DNA from: the human T2T-CHM13v2.0 reference genome, Homo sapiens
Assembly: GCF_009914755.1 (NCBI RefSeq)
Contig: NC_060934.1
Strand: one strand, 5' to 3'
DNA length: 64,000 bases
In this document: piece by piece, positions 42,601 through 57,820 of the stretch
Numbering within the stretch: the first letter of the stretch is position 1
Layout: each line of letters opens with the position of its first letter
Notes under the pieces: generated by a model
Seen by the model: only the letters and a program-made list of their open reading frames with translations
What the model was told of the DNA's origin: nothing
Database searches by the model: none
Translations under genes and position numbers: made by a program

Positions 42601-45481
42601 GGCATGAGAGATCTTACAGGATATATAATATCTTATTTCAAAATATCATTCCATCTATAACATTTGTGACCAATAATGCTTTCACCACTTTTCGGACTTT
42701 CCTGAAAGTCCAATGCTGGATTCTCTGGGCCTGAGAAATAAAGCAGTCCATGCACATTTTACCAATAAAAATTAAAACATAATAAATGAGACTCATGACC
42801 TCCAGAAGTAATCTTCACATAGATAAATTTCATTCAGGATCTTGGCATGTATCATAATGACAGAAATTTACACTTAAGTGTGGCTGTAGCATAAACCTTT
42901 CTCCAAAAAGAAAAGTTGTTTCAAAGGTGGTGATCTGTATGGAGCCCCTAAAACAAGATGCTGATGTGAGCAGGTATCAAAAAAGCTGACGTGAATATCC
43001 TCATCCTTTTGACAGATGTGATCCTAGCACGGCCATATAGTTATTGCAATATATATTTTATCCAGAAGGTGAAGATCCAAGCCTTTATACTCTTTCCTCT
43101 AAAATTATATGTATATATAATTATATATTGAAGGGTTGGTAGATTTGTTTAGCAAGAGTCAATCTTTAAAAGCCTGGTTGATTTGATTAGGGGCATCAAC
43201 ACTAAAGAGTTTCTATTCCCAACAGTGAGGACCAACCCCAGGACTTCAGTGACCTCATCACTGAGGAGATTCTACTTGAGCTGTTAACCCTTTTTCCACT
43301 TGATATCTTACTTTTGTCTTCCAACAACAGGCAAGTACTTCCTTCTGAGGCACTGAATTACATTTTTAGACAGAGGTAGTTATTAGAAAATCTTTATCTT
43401 TCCTCTCTATGTCTACATATTAGCCTGAATTCAGACCTCTAGAACCTAAAGGAGTATATGTAATCTATTTTCCACAAGATGATCTTGCAGTTATGTGAAA
43501 AATAATCATCAGATGCTATTAACTGTCATCTTCCCATTCTCTCATTCATTCCTTCACCTATTCCTTTTCTGTAGAACTCTTCAATTCCAGACACTTCAAG
43601 AACTTGTTATCCAGAAGATCAGAATCAAGGTTTTCCTTTGGGGATATTTCAGTATATCATCGTCTCTTTCATAAAATGACTTCCAGACAGAATTGCAAAT
43701 TCTAGATGAATTCTGACCAGTCAAGAAAACAATAATGGTCTTTGTTCAGGACACTATATTCGCACTCTACAAAGACCAAAGTTGTAATAGAAATTTTGTA
43801 ACATTCATGTAAATTATTTACTCATACTTAACACTCAACTGAAATGCCCATTACAAAAATAAACTATAACTAAGCCATATCAAAACTGTCCTGTATTTTT
43901 ATTTTTAAATATAAATATTGCAAAGATTTACACTAAATTTAATTTATTTAATTGCATTGTGTTTTCTTTGGTTCCTCGTTCCAGAATGCTGATATACTTT
44001 TTGTCTTTTGATGCTGCCAAAACTGACAATATAGAAATCCTCAAACAGTTCAATAAATAAATATTATAAAGGCTGTGAGGAAATCAAACAATGCTCTCTA
44101 AAAGTCTATTTTATTCACAAGAATGCCTTTAAGATGCTATTCAGTGCCCAGAAACTTATACTTTGCTTATAATTTGAATAAGTTTGGTTACCTGAATTCC
44201 ATGACCCAGTTTACAGTAAATTGGAAGTAGACAGAAGGTGTATTAGTCTGACCACAAAGATGGAAAAGAAAATCTATCAAAAAAGAGACAGACTACTCAG
44301 TCAGATAATGAGGCCCTTCAAGTTATAAATAAGCTTTCCTGCTTATATCAGGACACCTTCATCCTATTATTGTATTATAGCATAGTACAATTATATTTGG
44401 TCACAATACTGACAATGAGTCATCCACAGCATCATCACCCAGCATTTATTGATGTCTACTGTAAAGTAGAGTTGGATGGCACCATTTCTGCTCTCAAACA
44501 GTTTAAAAGATCCCTGTGCAGAAAAAGACGTATTTAGAACATTTTGGTTGGTAAGGTAAAGATGCATATAATACAATTAGAAAACCAATTCTAGTGACTT
44601 TTAAAAAAGTTAAATCTTATTATATGAATTTTATAATGACAAATTATATGAATAGTATAACAACTAAAGTAAGATTTGAGAAAGAATTATATACCTCCTA
44701 GTTTTATATGTATTTTCTTTTAATCATATTTTTGCATGAATATAATTTTATTACTATGTATGTATTAAATGTGTAATTGAATATAATTACCAGATTTCCC
44801 TCCAAATTGTTTATGGAAATTTGAAAATTTCATTCTATCTTTCTAACAACAATTTTCTTGATAAAATAACAATTTGAGGAATATTGTATAGAATTCTAAA
44901 TATGGCATTTGCTTGTCCATAAATTATGCTTACATATGTCTATATTATTATGATTCAATATGACCAAGACTAATGATCCATATAAATATGCTAATTATAG
45001 CTCCTTCCATTGAAAACCAGATGCAACACCTGTAGTGACACAGTCGTGGCAAAGAAAATATAAAATCTATTCTCATTATATTATTAACAACTGAATATAG
45101 ATTATGTAATGCACAAAGAAAAATAAGCTGTTATATTTCACATAATATTAATCTATTGCCTATTTACTAGGTTTTTAAAAAGGTAAAATAAAATAGTTTA
45201 TATCAATTTGAGTAATATACTACTATTATTTCTTTCTGACTCCATTACTGGGTAATCATTCATGATTCGGATCGCTTGAAGTCAGTTTAGTTTATGACCT
45301 AAACCCAAAGTTAGCAGAAGTTTCCATATTCTGAAATATAAATAAAACAGTCATGCTTCTTCTCATACATTCTTTGAGAGTCTCAAGTTTACTCAAGAAC
45401 TTCATAAATTACTGAGGGCTTATATTCCCATAGGCCACTTTTCTTCTCTGCATTTCTGATCTCGATCTACTGCATTCATTT

Positions 45482-45648
45482 GAGAGTGATCTTGTATAAC
45501 TATTCCCTTCTTACTCCATTATAGTAACCCAACATTGTAAAATTCTTCAAAATCACTCTTATATATATACAAGAGAGTGATCTTGTATAACTATTCCCTT
45601 CTTACTCCATTATAGTAACCCAACATTGTAAAATTCTTCAAAATCACT
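45482..45648. repeat. Perfect 76-bp direct duplication with 15-bp spacer (period 91)
   Basis: 45482-45557 is identical to 45573-45648; spacer cttatatatatacaa. Confidence 0.98.
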
Positions 45649-45859
45649 TATATATGTCATTTGTGTACATGTGAAGGTTTGTGAAAATGTTTAGGGACAA
45701 CATGAGAATTTTACAAAGTAAAATGACTTAACATTGCAATATCTCTGATTTTTACTTAAAGATGTAGAATATGGGTAAAAAAGTATTGCTTCCACATTTA
45801 CATCAACAACCAAAGCCAAAACTCTGCAAGTCCATGACTTTTCCTAAAGCCAATCATAG

Positions 45860-46350
45860 TGGTCAAATAATAACTTCACTGACTGAGTTAAACAGCCAAG
45901 GAAAATTTTATTCAATACTGCTGCAATGGAGGCAGAGATGGAACTCAACTCTGCTGAAGCGAAGTGAAGGAGAGTTTTTAAGCACTGGGGTGAGCTAGTA
46001 GAAAAGTATTGGAGGACATTAGTGGAGATGGTCAATGTCATTAGACCATCTGTGTTTGCTAAATGGTACTTACTGAATAGGCTTCTACCCTCCTACAGAG
46101 AGTAGGAAATAGAGGCTTTACCTTTCTTGATAACTACATTTCAGAGATGGTTCACAGATGCTTAAGAAAGATATTATATTTTGTTAAATTGGCAAGAAAC
46201 TGGGACAAGATGTACATCACAAAGGGACAGAGAAAGAATTTACAATGGGAAGTTCTCTAAAATAGATGCTTTAAGAAAAGGGAGGCCAGGGGCCTGTACT
46301 CAGAAAGAATCCCATCAAGACAAGGAGAAATTTAAGGCTTTCTTGGTCAG
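45860..46350 (-). mobile_element. MER31/MER67-like ERV1 LTR
   Basis: gagttaaacagccaaggaaaattttattcaa..tgcaatggaggcagagatggaactcaactctgctgaa; reverse-homologous to 59830-60100. Confidence 0.6.
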
Positions 46351-46569
46351 AAGTCAGAAGTAAACCAATGAACCTGAGATCTAGGGCAATAAGCGCCTTC
46401 TGAAAGAGATATGATGTAAGTGTTTGCTTGCCTTGGGTAGATGCCACCTGACATTGGCAAGTAGAATTCAGCTAGAAGAGTTGACAAATTAGTTGAGTAT
46501 GAATCATCCTATGGTGGCAAAAAGTAAGTAATTGCTCAAAAAAGAAGGACCTGTTAAAAAGAAACAGGA

Positions 46570-46690
46570 TGTCCAGGCCTGGTGGCTCATCGCTGTAATT
46601 CCAATACTTTCAGGGGCTAAGGCAGGGGGACTGCTTGAAGCCAGGAGTTCAAGACCAGACTGGCCAACATAGCAAGACCCCATCTGTAAT
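46570..46690 (+). mobile_element. Alu left monomer (FLAM/AluJ-like)
   Basis: ggtggctcat..gcttgaagccaggagttcaagaccag..aacatagcaagaccccatct. Confidence 0.85.
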
Positions 46691-46759
46691 AATAATCATG
46701 AAATAGGAAAAAAGTAAAATTTAAAAAAAGAAAAAAACTTTCAATACCAAAAAAACACA

Positions 46760-47985
<1,226 letters not shown>

Positions 47986-49097
47986 TGTAAAATATGCACC
48001 TGAATTGTCATATGTATGTCAGCAAATACAGAATAATTTACTTCATGGTGGCTACCATTTTCAGTCATTGGCATCCTGTCTTCTTAGATGGGCCCCATCT
48101 GTCCTTTTCTCATCTTTCCTGTGTGTTCTCCTGCAGCAAAATACTGCATATTTTCTAAGCACACTTTTTAAGTATTGTCATATATATATTCATCCATCAG
48201 AGTCTCATCTCCCAACACAGTGCAGCATATTTTCCTGAAGAAAAAGAGTCCCTTCGCTAAAGGAAAGTCTAAAACTATTTTTTTTTTCTCTTTGCTAGAG
48301 ATCTTCTTAGTGAGGAGTAAAAAGAAGTGAGGGCTTAAGTAAACAAGAAAACATTATCCTATGATCACAGATACTCACCAAAGCCAATTTGAATGTTATT
48401 AATAGCTTATAAACTGAGATGCTATAAAAACTCACCTAATTTTGGATAACCACATAGCTTGTCAATTAAAGCTCTACCCAATCTTAATACTAGAATAACA
48501 TCATTAAATAACATGCAACTTGTAATTTAGGATGTTTAAATGGATCCTGATGTCTCAATAAAATATTCTTGCTAAGACAAACTCCACAGGGGTAACGCAA
48601 CTGGACCAAGCAGCCTATGCTAGTCTTCTCCAGGTTCACCTCCCACTTGAGTATTTCTTCCTAATTATCATTGCCACAACCTCCTTGGTTTCACGTGAGG
48701 GTCAAAGGACCGCCACACACTTTCTACCTAACATCTTGCCTATGAAAAAATAAAATTTCTCTTAACTATCTTTGATCAGCTAGCATAAGCCTGGACTATA
48801 TATAAAAATATTAGACAAGATATTAAAGATTTTGAAAGGCAGACAGATGCAGAGTGATATGGTCTTGGTAAAGAGGCAACTAAGGTCTGGCTTATTCTTC
48901 TACGCTAGTTATGACCCATCCTATGTATTGTGGAAACCATCGTATATCCATTACTGATCACCCAGGTACACAAACAGGATATTGTGTCCCAAATATAAGT
49001 ATAGGTAGCCAAGTCCTACAGAGGCCAGGGTTTTCTTATTATGGCTTTCTGAGCACTCACTTCTCCAAGTGATTTACATTAGAAATGATAGTGAGTT

Positions 49098-49441
<344 letters not shown>

Positions 49442-49569
49442 AGAAATGATAGTGAGTTTGCAGAAGAGACCAAACTTTCAAAATGTAGTTCTGCAGGCTC
49501 TGAAAGTATGGCCCATCAGAATGCTACAGAAAAGTACTTAAAGCACCACAAAATATTTGACTATTCTGT

Positions 49570-49654
49570 TGCATGCCATTATCAAAATAATTCATGTACT
49601 CCATAAATACATACACCTATCATGTATCCACAAAAATTAAAAACTAAAAAAAAA
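49570..49654 (+). mobile_element. Very short L1MA terminal fragment
   Basis: catgtactccataaatacatacacctatcatgtatccacaaaaattaaaaa plus A tail. Confidence 0.65.
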
Positions 49655-51989
49655 GAGAATGGGTCTTCCATTACAGTGGTATTAGTTTTGGAACTTCAAG
49701 CAATTTGTAATACCTTGAAATCTACCAGAAATTGAAGATGATTTCTAAAATTCTAGATTACTTACAAAAATGTAGGCAGTACCTAAAATAGATGTTTACT
49801 AAATAATGTTTTTTCTAAAGAGAATTTTTGGAATTAGAAAAAAAATTCTTAGAAAAAGGACTCATCTTGACGAGTTGAAAATGTTTTATCTGTATACACA
49901 CTGAATTTTTCTATTTTCTCTAAGCCTCCTTCAGCTAAAGATTCATTTAATAAATCCCCAAGTGAGTTATGAATTATTTCCCCAGAGGTGGGACACAATA
50001 ATCAAAAAATAAAATTGTTCGGGTCAATTTGTAAAATAGAAGTTTCAATGGCACGTTTCAATGTTATATATCTATCATCTATCTATGTATTTATATATTT
50101 ATTTGTGTATTTTTTTATTTAAGGTGATATGTAACAAACTTGAGATCTTATAGGATAGGAGAACACTAGGACACTAATTAGGAACTGGTCCCAGGAACAA
50201 AGACCTTCTGGACTCATCTGACAAGATAAGAATCATCAAGCATTCTTCCAGCAGAAAGTGACAAAGCCCTCCTTGAGCTGCTCATGAGAATTCACAAAGT
50301 AAGGCAATATGTGAAGAATTAAGATAGAAGAGCTTGCAAAGAATCCCTTGTCTCTATTAGATTCCAAGATTGAGCCTTAGAATATTTCAAAATGATAAAA
50401 AAAGAGAGTTTAAAAGATTTGTAGAAGAAGAATGAAATAATATATTCATTTTGAAACAATATATTTTCATTCAGGATTATTAATAAAATGCTCATGTTAG
50501 TGATACATGATTCACTAAGGAAAATAAACAAGGAAGAGAAGATGGATAAAGTGATAGGAGGAGGAAACATGACACAATTGAGAAGGCACTGAGGTAGAAA
50601 GAGAATTGGTGTTTGTTGGTATAATTTAACCAGTTTTCATTCAATCACCTGGACCACAGAAATTCTCAAAGTACAATTCACATGCAACTGTAATAGATTA
50701 CATCTTGTCTGTATAATAAGTTAATGTGCAAGATTTTGAATATTTTCTTATATATAGAATAGTATTATTTTTTCTAGTTTCTTTTTTGATTTATTTTTCT
50801 TTCATAATCAAGAAAAAAATAAATGAAAGAGAATATGGGAGAATGTCACCAGAGAGTCACAATGTTGGCATGTTATTCTGACAATTCAAAAAATTCTCAA
50901 AGAATCTAAGTTTTAAGTGCTAAAAACTGCCAGATCATTTTTTATATTTATTCTTCTGATTACAGTGCCTACAGCATTCGTAATTCTCCAAACAAAATCA
51001 TGAGGCTTAATTGTTTTGAAATATACTTCTGTGTTACATTGTCAGATCTCAATTAAAGGAATCTTCCTTCTATATGCAATGGAAGTAATTCAATCCCTTT
51101 TTATGTAGTACCATAAGAATTATTTTACATGAATATTTATGTTAAAATATGGCACAATCACTGCCTAAGATTCAAAACATGTAAAACACCCCTTTGCTGC
51201 TGCAAGAATCAAAACACAGGGTTGATGGTAACACCTATCCTACATCAGTAGCACTAACAATACAATCAGTTTGTACAAGCTAAATCCATCTGGTCAGAAC
51301 ACACACCAACATTAAATAAACAAAACATAATTCTTCTTGTCTTCTGAATGTGAATTTGGAGGGGGAACATCTGGATTAGAAAGGCCCATAGCAGTAGACA
51401 AGGCTTTTCCAAGTAAAATTCCATTCAGGCACTAGAAATAAGACCCTCTGCTCAAGAGGCAGCAGCTGACACATGAGCCTATCTTAGTACTGAGACAGGA
51501 TATAGATGAAGCCATGTCTATAAATGAGCGCAAAAGGAAATTAAAAGTAAGGCTTCAATTAGTTAAGCTTTCAAAGGTAAAACTCTAGGGTGTTTGGAGG
51601 AATCTTTCAGGAAGATATATTCCAGTTTTACTGCAGACTCAACACAAATGGCTCTCAGACAAGTCACATCTATAGTAATTGGAAACATTTTCAAAGTAAA
51701 AGATGAGAGACCATGGTTTTTGCCAAAGGTTCTTAAGCATGGGCTTTCATGGGCATGCGAATTTTTTTTAAAAAGTAGCAGAATAAACATATGTTTGCAA
51801 ATTATTTTATTTTACCAAGTAAGGGCAATAAAACACACACGTTTAAAACAAAAAATTTAAAAAGGAAGAAAAAATTACCACAAAAAACTTACCATCCACT
51901 ATCACTATTCTTTTCTTAAAAAGAATATTTTAACCTCAAAATTAGGAAGGACTCAGTAGAAAAGAACGATCTTTCCTAAGAAAGAATGG

Positions 51990-52812
51990 CTGTTCCTTTG
52001 GTTGATTTTACCTCTCCCCGACTCCGCAATCACAACCTCATTGTTACTTGGCAATCTCTTGGAAGATTTTTGTTAGTCACAAGTGATGTGAGAGGTGTGC
52101 GCTACTGGTGATAGAGTAGTAAGAAATTATTTAGGCAGTTAGTGAGGGTGAAAGAGTTCTTGGTAGAATTTTCTTTTAATAAAAAGCAGCCCCCAAATCA
52201 TTTCTTTTCTAATAAAAAGCAGCCTGAAAAATCAAGTTACAAGCATAGATAAGCAAGATGGAAATTTGCATAGATAAATGGCATCAGCTGTACCTGGAAG
52301 CTAGGTACATCCAACATGGTGATTCCTTCTTCCTTTTCCTTGTCGCCACATGTGCAGGTGTCATGGCACCAGCCAGGTAAAACCTTATCTACATAATAAA
52401 AGATTTGTGGGCTATGTAAATAGCACACCTGGTCAAACCAATACCCTGGGCCCAATTTAAATCAAACACCATCTCCTCAAGCCCCTCTATAAAGTGGACC
52501 TCATCTCACCCCAAACCCAGAAACATACTTGGGGACCCCCTTTCTCTGCATGAGGAAGCTCTCTCTTCTTTCTTTTGCCTATTAAACTTTCCGCTCTTAA
52601 ACCCACTCCGTGTGTATGTGTCAGCATCTTTGTTCCCCTTATCGCGAGACAACAAACTTTGGCTGTTTCCCCAGACAATGATGGTGCTTCATTGGCATCT
52701 ACTGGGTAGAGACCAGAGATGCTGCTAAACACCCTACAATGCACAGGGCAGCTACTACAACAAAGAATTGTCTGGTCCAAAATGTCAACAGTACACGGTA
52801 GAGAAACTCCTC
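51990..52812. mobile_element. MER20 DNA transposon split by an LTR
   Basis: ..gctactgg | ttggcatctactgggtagagaccagagatgctgctaaacaccctacaatgcacagg..ccaaaatgtcaacagt. Confidence 0.8.
52109..52691 (+). mobile_element. ERV1 solo LTR (MER50-like)
   Basis: TG...CA termini, aagaaattatttaggcag..aaaagcagcc, TATA-like ctataaa, attaaa polyA signal; 4-bp TSD ctgg/ttgg. Confidence 0.8.
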
Positions 52813-53754
52813 CCTACACTGACATTTTAGCTAAGGACCAGTGGACATTTTGGCTCAGACTGACCCTCATGTAAGCTAACCAGTTTACGGAGCCAGTGAT
52901 CTCTGGAGTGCTTGGTTGACTCTTTTGTTTTCAGTCATTTTTAACAATAATCATCAGCAACAGAACTGCAGTGGTGGAATTCTACTCAATCAATTAGAAG
53001 TAGCCTGAAAAATTGTCACTAAAATCTATTCTGCAATTCTATCACTTTGACATCAATCCCACTGGCATATTAGTTTGTATCTGAACTTCAGGGCATTAGA
53101 CTTAGTCTAGAGGTAGTGCTACTGTTTGGAAATGAAAGAATATTTAGCCAGTTTGAGACAAGAATTAGTAGCCTCTATCAAAAGATAGAGAACAAAAATT
53201 TCGTCTTACAGTGGGCTTTAATAATGTATGCTTCATTAAATATTCAGTAAGAGTATATATACTTTCTATTAATGTAACTTTTTAAAGATTAAGAAAATCA
53301 AATGGATTAACAACCACGGCTCATTCTAGATAGTAAACTTATAGATAGCTATTTTTTCCTTATGTTTATTTGAAACATTTTGGTCTATAAAATTATGCAC
53401 AAACTCTCAGTAGTATGGTAGGCTTCTTTTTCCCTCTGTACTTTCATACAGAATACCTTTATTTTCATAAAATATTGTTTCATATACCAAAGATTTTGAA
53501 AGCAATATTTTAAGACTATTCTTGTAGGCTACATATATATGTGTCATTATTTTACAAATTATATTGCAAAATGAGATCATATTATGTATACTGTTTTGTT
53601 CCTTATTTTTTAACATTATAAAGTAGACCAGTGTCTGTATAATATAGATTTGTCACATTTTATAACTCTTATTTCATGATTTAGATCTGGTATCATTTAT
53701 CTACATGTTATTAATGGTTATCAGTTGTTTCATATTTATGTAGATAGGTAGGTG

Positions 53755-53757
<3 letters not shown>

Positions 53758-53804
<47 letters not shown>
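53758..53804. repeat. (TG)n microsatellite, about 23 units
   Basis: Uninterrupted TG run. Confidence 0.98.
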
Positions 53805-53807
<3 letters not shown>

Positions 53808-54599
53808 CTGAGTGGTGAATATCTTTCTGCAGTTCTCCAAATGTATCTGGGCAAACATTCTAGAAGACAAAGAGAATGCACTTTTATAAAGGTTTTCAAT
53901 GCTTACTTCCCAGTTTTCCTGCAGACAGCTTACCCTAATTGGTATCTCCACAAAGTGTTTGAGTATCAATTTTCCATAAAAACTTTCTGACAATGGATAT
54001 TAACAATCTTTTCATGTCTTCTTCAAATGTTATCCGAATATAGTATTTCATTGTTGTTTTCATTTGCATTTTTGTAATCTCTGATGAGATGGGACAACAA
54101 TTAACATACTTACTATACATGTACATGTATTCTTTATGAATACCTTGTAATAGGGCCTATGCCCAGTTTTCTGTTGGCCAGGGGTGGAAAGTGGGGTGAG
54201 GAGTCATTTCTTCTTATTAATTTGTGAAAATCTATTTCTATGAATATATAAACATTTTCTTATATAATTTGTGATTATTATCTCCTCAAATGCATGTTTG
54301 TCTTTATTTTGTGTTTTGTTTGCTTGGGTTTACCTTTTTTATTTTGTATTCTCAGCAGTAAAGTTCGCGCCCCTTTTCTTTTGTTTTTGGTCTTTGGTAT
54401 CACATTTGGAACATCCTTTACCATCCTAAAGTCACAAAAATAAATATTTACTCTTTTTTATCTAGTACATATAGGGCCCTTTGTTGTTGTTGTTTATGTT
54501 GCTGGAACTCAGGAGCTGAGGATTGCATTAGTCATATTCTTCAGTTCATTGCACACTATTACTCTTGGTAAATAGAGAGTCTTCCTGCCCCAACCCAAA

Positions 54600-54706
54600 C
54601 CTCTCCTCTCTTTCTTTCTCCCTCCCTTCCTTTGCTCCCTTCCTTCCTTCCATCCTTCCTTCTTTCCTTCCTTACTCCCTTCCTTCCTTCCTTTCTTCCT
54701 TCCTTC
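54600..54706. repeat. (CCTT)n-like polypyrimidine low-complexity tract
   Basis: Degenerate ccttccttcc/ctttc units over about 100 bp. Confidence 0.9.
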
Positions 54707-55649
54707 TATATACTTTTGTTTATTCCTATTCCTTGTGCCTTTTTTTCTATTCCCTCCCTGCAAATTAAAACATAAACTGTTTTTTTAAATCTACTCTGGT
54801 TCGCCTTTACCTTAGGTAACTTATATTTAATTCACTGCACAATATGAATCCCTTATGATTTGAAGTTACTGTTCTTTATAAACACTATATTTTAATAGAA
54901 CAGACCATGTGTTAGGCATCTACTTTGTTTTTATCACTACACAAGGTCCTTTATATGCATTATTTCTAATTATAATATTACAAGGTAGGTATTCTCTGAG
55001 TTGAAATATAAGGAACCAGTATCTCAGAGAAATATATATATATATATTACTAAATGTCATACTGTCACTAATAAAAAGAGCCAAGATTAATCTTAGGGAT
55101 GGTGACCCTAAGACCCAGGCACTCTTGGTGCTTCTTACAAAAACAATAGCAAACAAAACCAAGCGAGTTCTGCATATTTTTGGAAACTATATTTGAAAAT
55201 GAAATCCTTTTTCCTTATAACACCATTTTATATTATTTTAGGAAATTTTAGTAACAGTAGTTTCTAATTTCATCATTTCAAAGAACAACATGAATCTAAT
55301 GCTACATTCGTGACTACATAATTGCAAGCAAACGGATTTAGGCATCTGGTGTAATAACAGCCCTGACAACACAGCACTTCTTTTCTTCTGAGCTGCAGTT
55401 TGAAACTGGACCAGGGTAGGCATGTGGCTCAAGAGCTACCCATCTATAAATTAACTAGAAATTCATGAAAGAATCCCATGTAAAGGACTTTGTACATAGG
55501 AGGAAATTTATTTAGCTTGGCCAATCAGGCTGGCTCTCCCCAGAAACCCTTCTGAAAAATCTGAAGAGAACTAATTAGCAAGGTGAATGTTGCCAAGCTG
55601 CAAAAATAGCAGAGATGTCATAAATGTGAATCCACTCAACAAATAATGA

Positions 55650-55900
55650 TGACAACCGTGATAGTGGTGGTGGTGGTAATGATTATGATGATGACAGATA
55701 TTTTTTATCACTTAATGATACATCATTCCTTATAAATATTAACTCCTAGAAGCCTCACAATAACCCTATGATGTATGTCCATTTTAAAAATAAGTAAGCA
55801 AAACACAGAAATGTTCAGTAACTTGCTCAATGACAACAGTTAGTAAGTGGCAAAGTCTGATTCAAACATAGGAGTCTAGCTCCAGAAATTGTGCTCTCCT
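55650..55900 (-). mobile_element. MIR
   Basis: cctcacaataaccctatga..cacagaaatgttcagtaacttgctcaa..agttagtaagtggcaaag..gattcaaac. Confidence 0.7.
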
Positions 55901-57239
55901 TTAAAATGGTCTTAGCATCAGAAACAAAGAGACATGTTTGGAGGCTGACTTTTTCTAAAAGCTCTGTTTCTTACAAGTACATGACTATTACATAGCTGAT
56001 GACTTTACACTCAAGGAAATGCTTCTATTATATGTCTGCTCATATTTACATGGGATTTTAGCCAAGCTTTAGATGTTTAGAGTGCTATATAGCCTAAACA
56101 ACTTATATATCAGAAATACATGTTCACATTTCTAAAAAATAAATGTAAGTTAGAAGTTACTCACTGATTAAAAATATGAATATAAAAATACTATTTCGGT
56201 TATGGTACTTTCACCGTACAAAGGTAATTTTTAGAATATTAGAAAGCACGTAAAAGAAGGTGTTGCATTTGGCTTCTTTTTCTGCTACCTTACCTATTAC
56301 TACACACTTATTGTCTTTAGTAGGAAAAGATGTAAGTATATTTTTGTTAACCAGGGACTAATAATTCAACAATATGTATACATGTTCAATTTTCAACATA
56401 AATGAAATAGGACTTTTTCAATGATGACAATTTAAGGCAGAAAAAGCAGAGACATACTTGCTAGCCAGATGTCTACCACAAACACCTTTAAACCTACAAA
56501 GAGAAAGAATCACCTGAGTACTTTAGCCTCAACATTTTTCCAAATGCCCATTGTCTAAGTAATTATCTACTAAAATACTATTTTGGAAATATAGGAGCTA
56601 CCCTATTTATTCTGTAGCTACATTATAATTGGTTGGATTCAAGTGCTGTATCTGAAACAACCCCACCACCCCCAAATTTTCTGCACAGGTCTCTTTTCCC
56701 AAAGCACATATATGGTTAACACTGTTTATTTATTGACTCAATAAATATTTAAAGCATATTTACTAGCCAGACACTGTTCTAAGTGTGGGGGAATACATCA
56801 TGGGAAAAAAAAGAACATTAAAACTGTTGCCTTCATTGAATTTGCTATCTAATAGGGAGACTAAACAAACAAGCAAATATGTAATACATCAGAGAGTGAA
56901 GGTAATGTTATGGAAAAAAGTAAAGAAAAAATGGAAAGAGGTTATAAGAGAGTTGGAAATGGAGTCACAGTTTTAAGTCAGTGGTTAGTGGTGGCATTAC
57001 TAAAAAGGTGCTATTCAAGAGAACAAGTATGTCAGAAAAGAGGGGATTTGTTGGGGGATGAAGTCTGAAATTTGAAGGAAAACAGACCTAAAGCCAATTC
57101 CTTGAGGAAAAAAAAATGGTCACCAAGTAATACATAAAACTTCACTGTAAGTTTAGAAGGTTGCAAAATTATAATATAAAGCTATGTATATAAGATAATT
57201 TCCAGTCTAGCTGACATCTTTGCTTGGTTTTTCAACTGA

Positions 57240-57820
57240 CTTTTAGTCTAGTCACAGTCAAAATTAATTTCTGCTCTTTCACCATCTCCAGACTGCTCAA
57301 TTCAGTCTCCTCTGTATCAGTATAAATAGTAAGCCCATCTTCCCAGTTCTGAAGCCAAAACCTTGAGTTGTCCCTGACTCCTGTCTCTCTCATTCCCAAT
57401 ATCCAATCTTTTAGCAAATTTAGTTAGTTTTACCTCTCACCATATATACACAATCAACAACGTTCAACCTCCCCATTTCTAAAATCCTGGTCTCTGTCTC
57501 CACCATTTTTCACCAAAATAATAGCAATGGTTTTTAACTTTCTGCTTCTTCCTGAATCACTTCTCAGACTATTTTCAACACAGCATTCAGAAAGACTCCT
57601 TTAAAACATGTCATATCATGATTCTTCTGGCTTCAAACCCCTCCAATGGCTTCTCATTCTACTCAAAGTAAAAGGCAAATGTCTTATGATGGTTTATACA
57701 TCATCTGGACCAGGCCTCCCTTTTAGTTTCAGACTTCTATTACTGCTCACTTCACCAACATTCACCTCCAAAAACATTTTCTTCTCAGAACTTCTCTGCT
57801 TGCTATTTCTTCCACTGTAA
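57240..57820 (+). mobile_element. L2 fragment
   Basis: gccaaaaccttgagttgtccctgactcctgtctctctcattccca..aaacccctccaatggcttctcattctactcaaagtaaaa. Confidence 0.7.
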
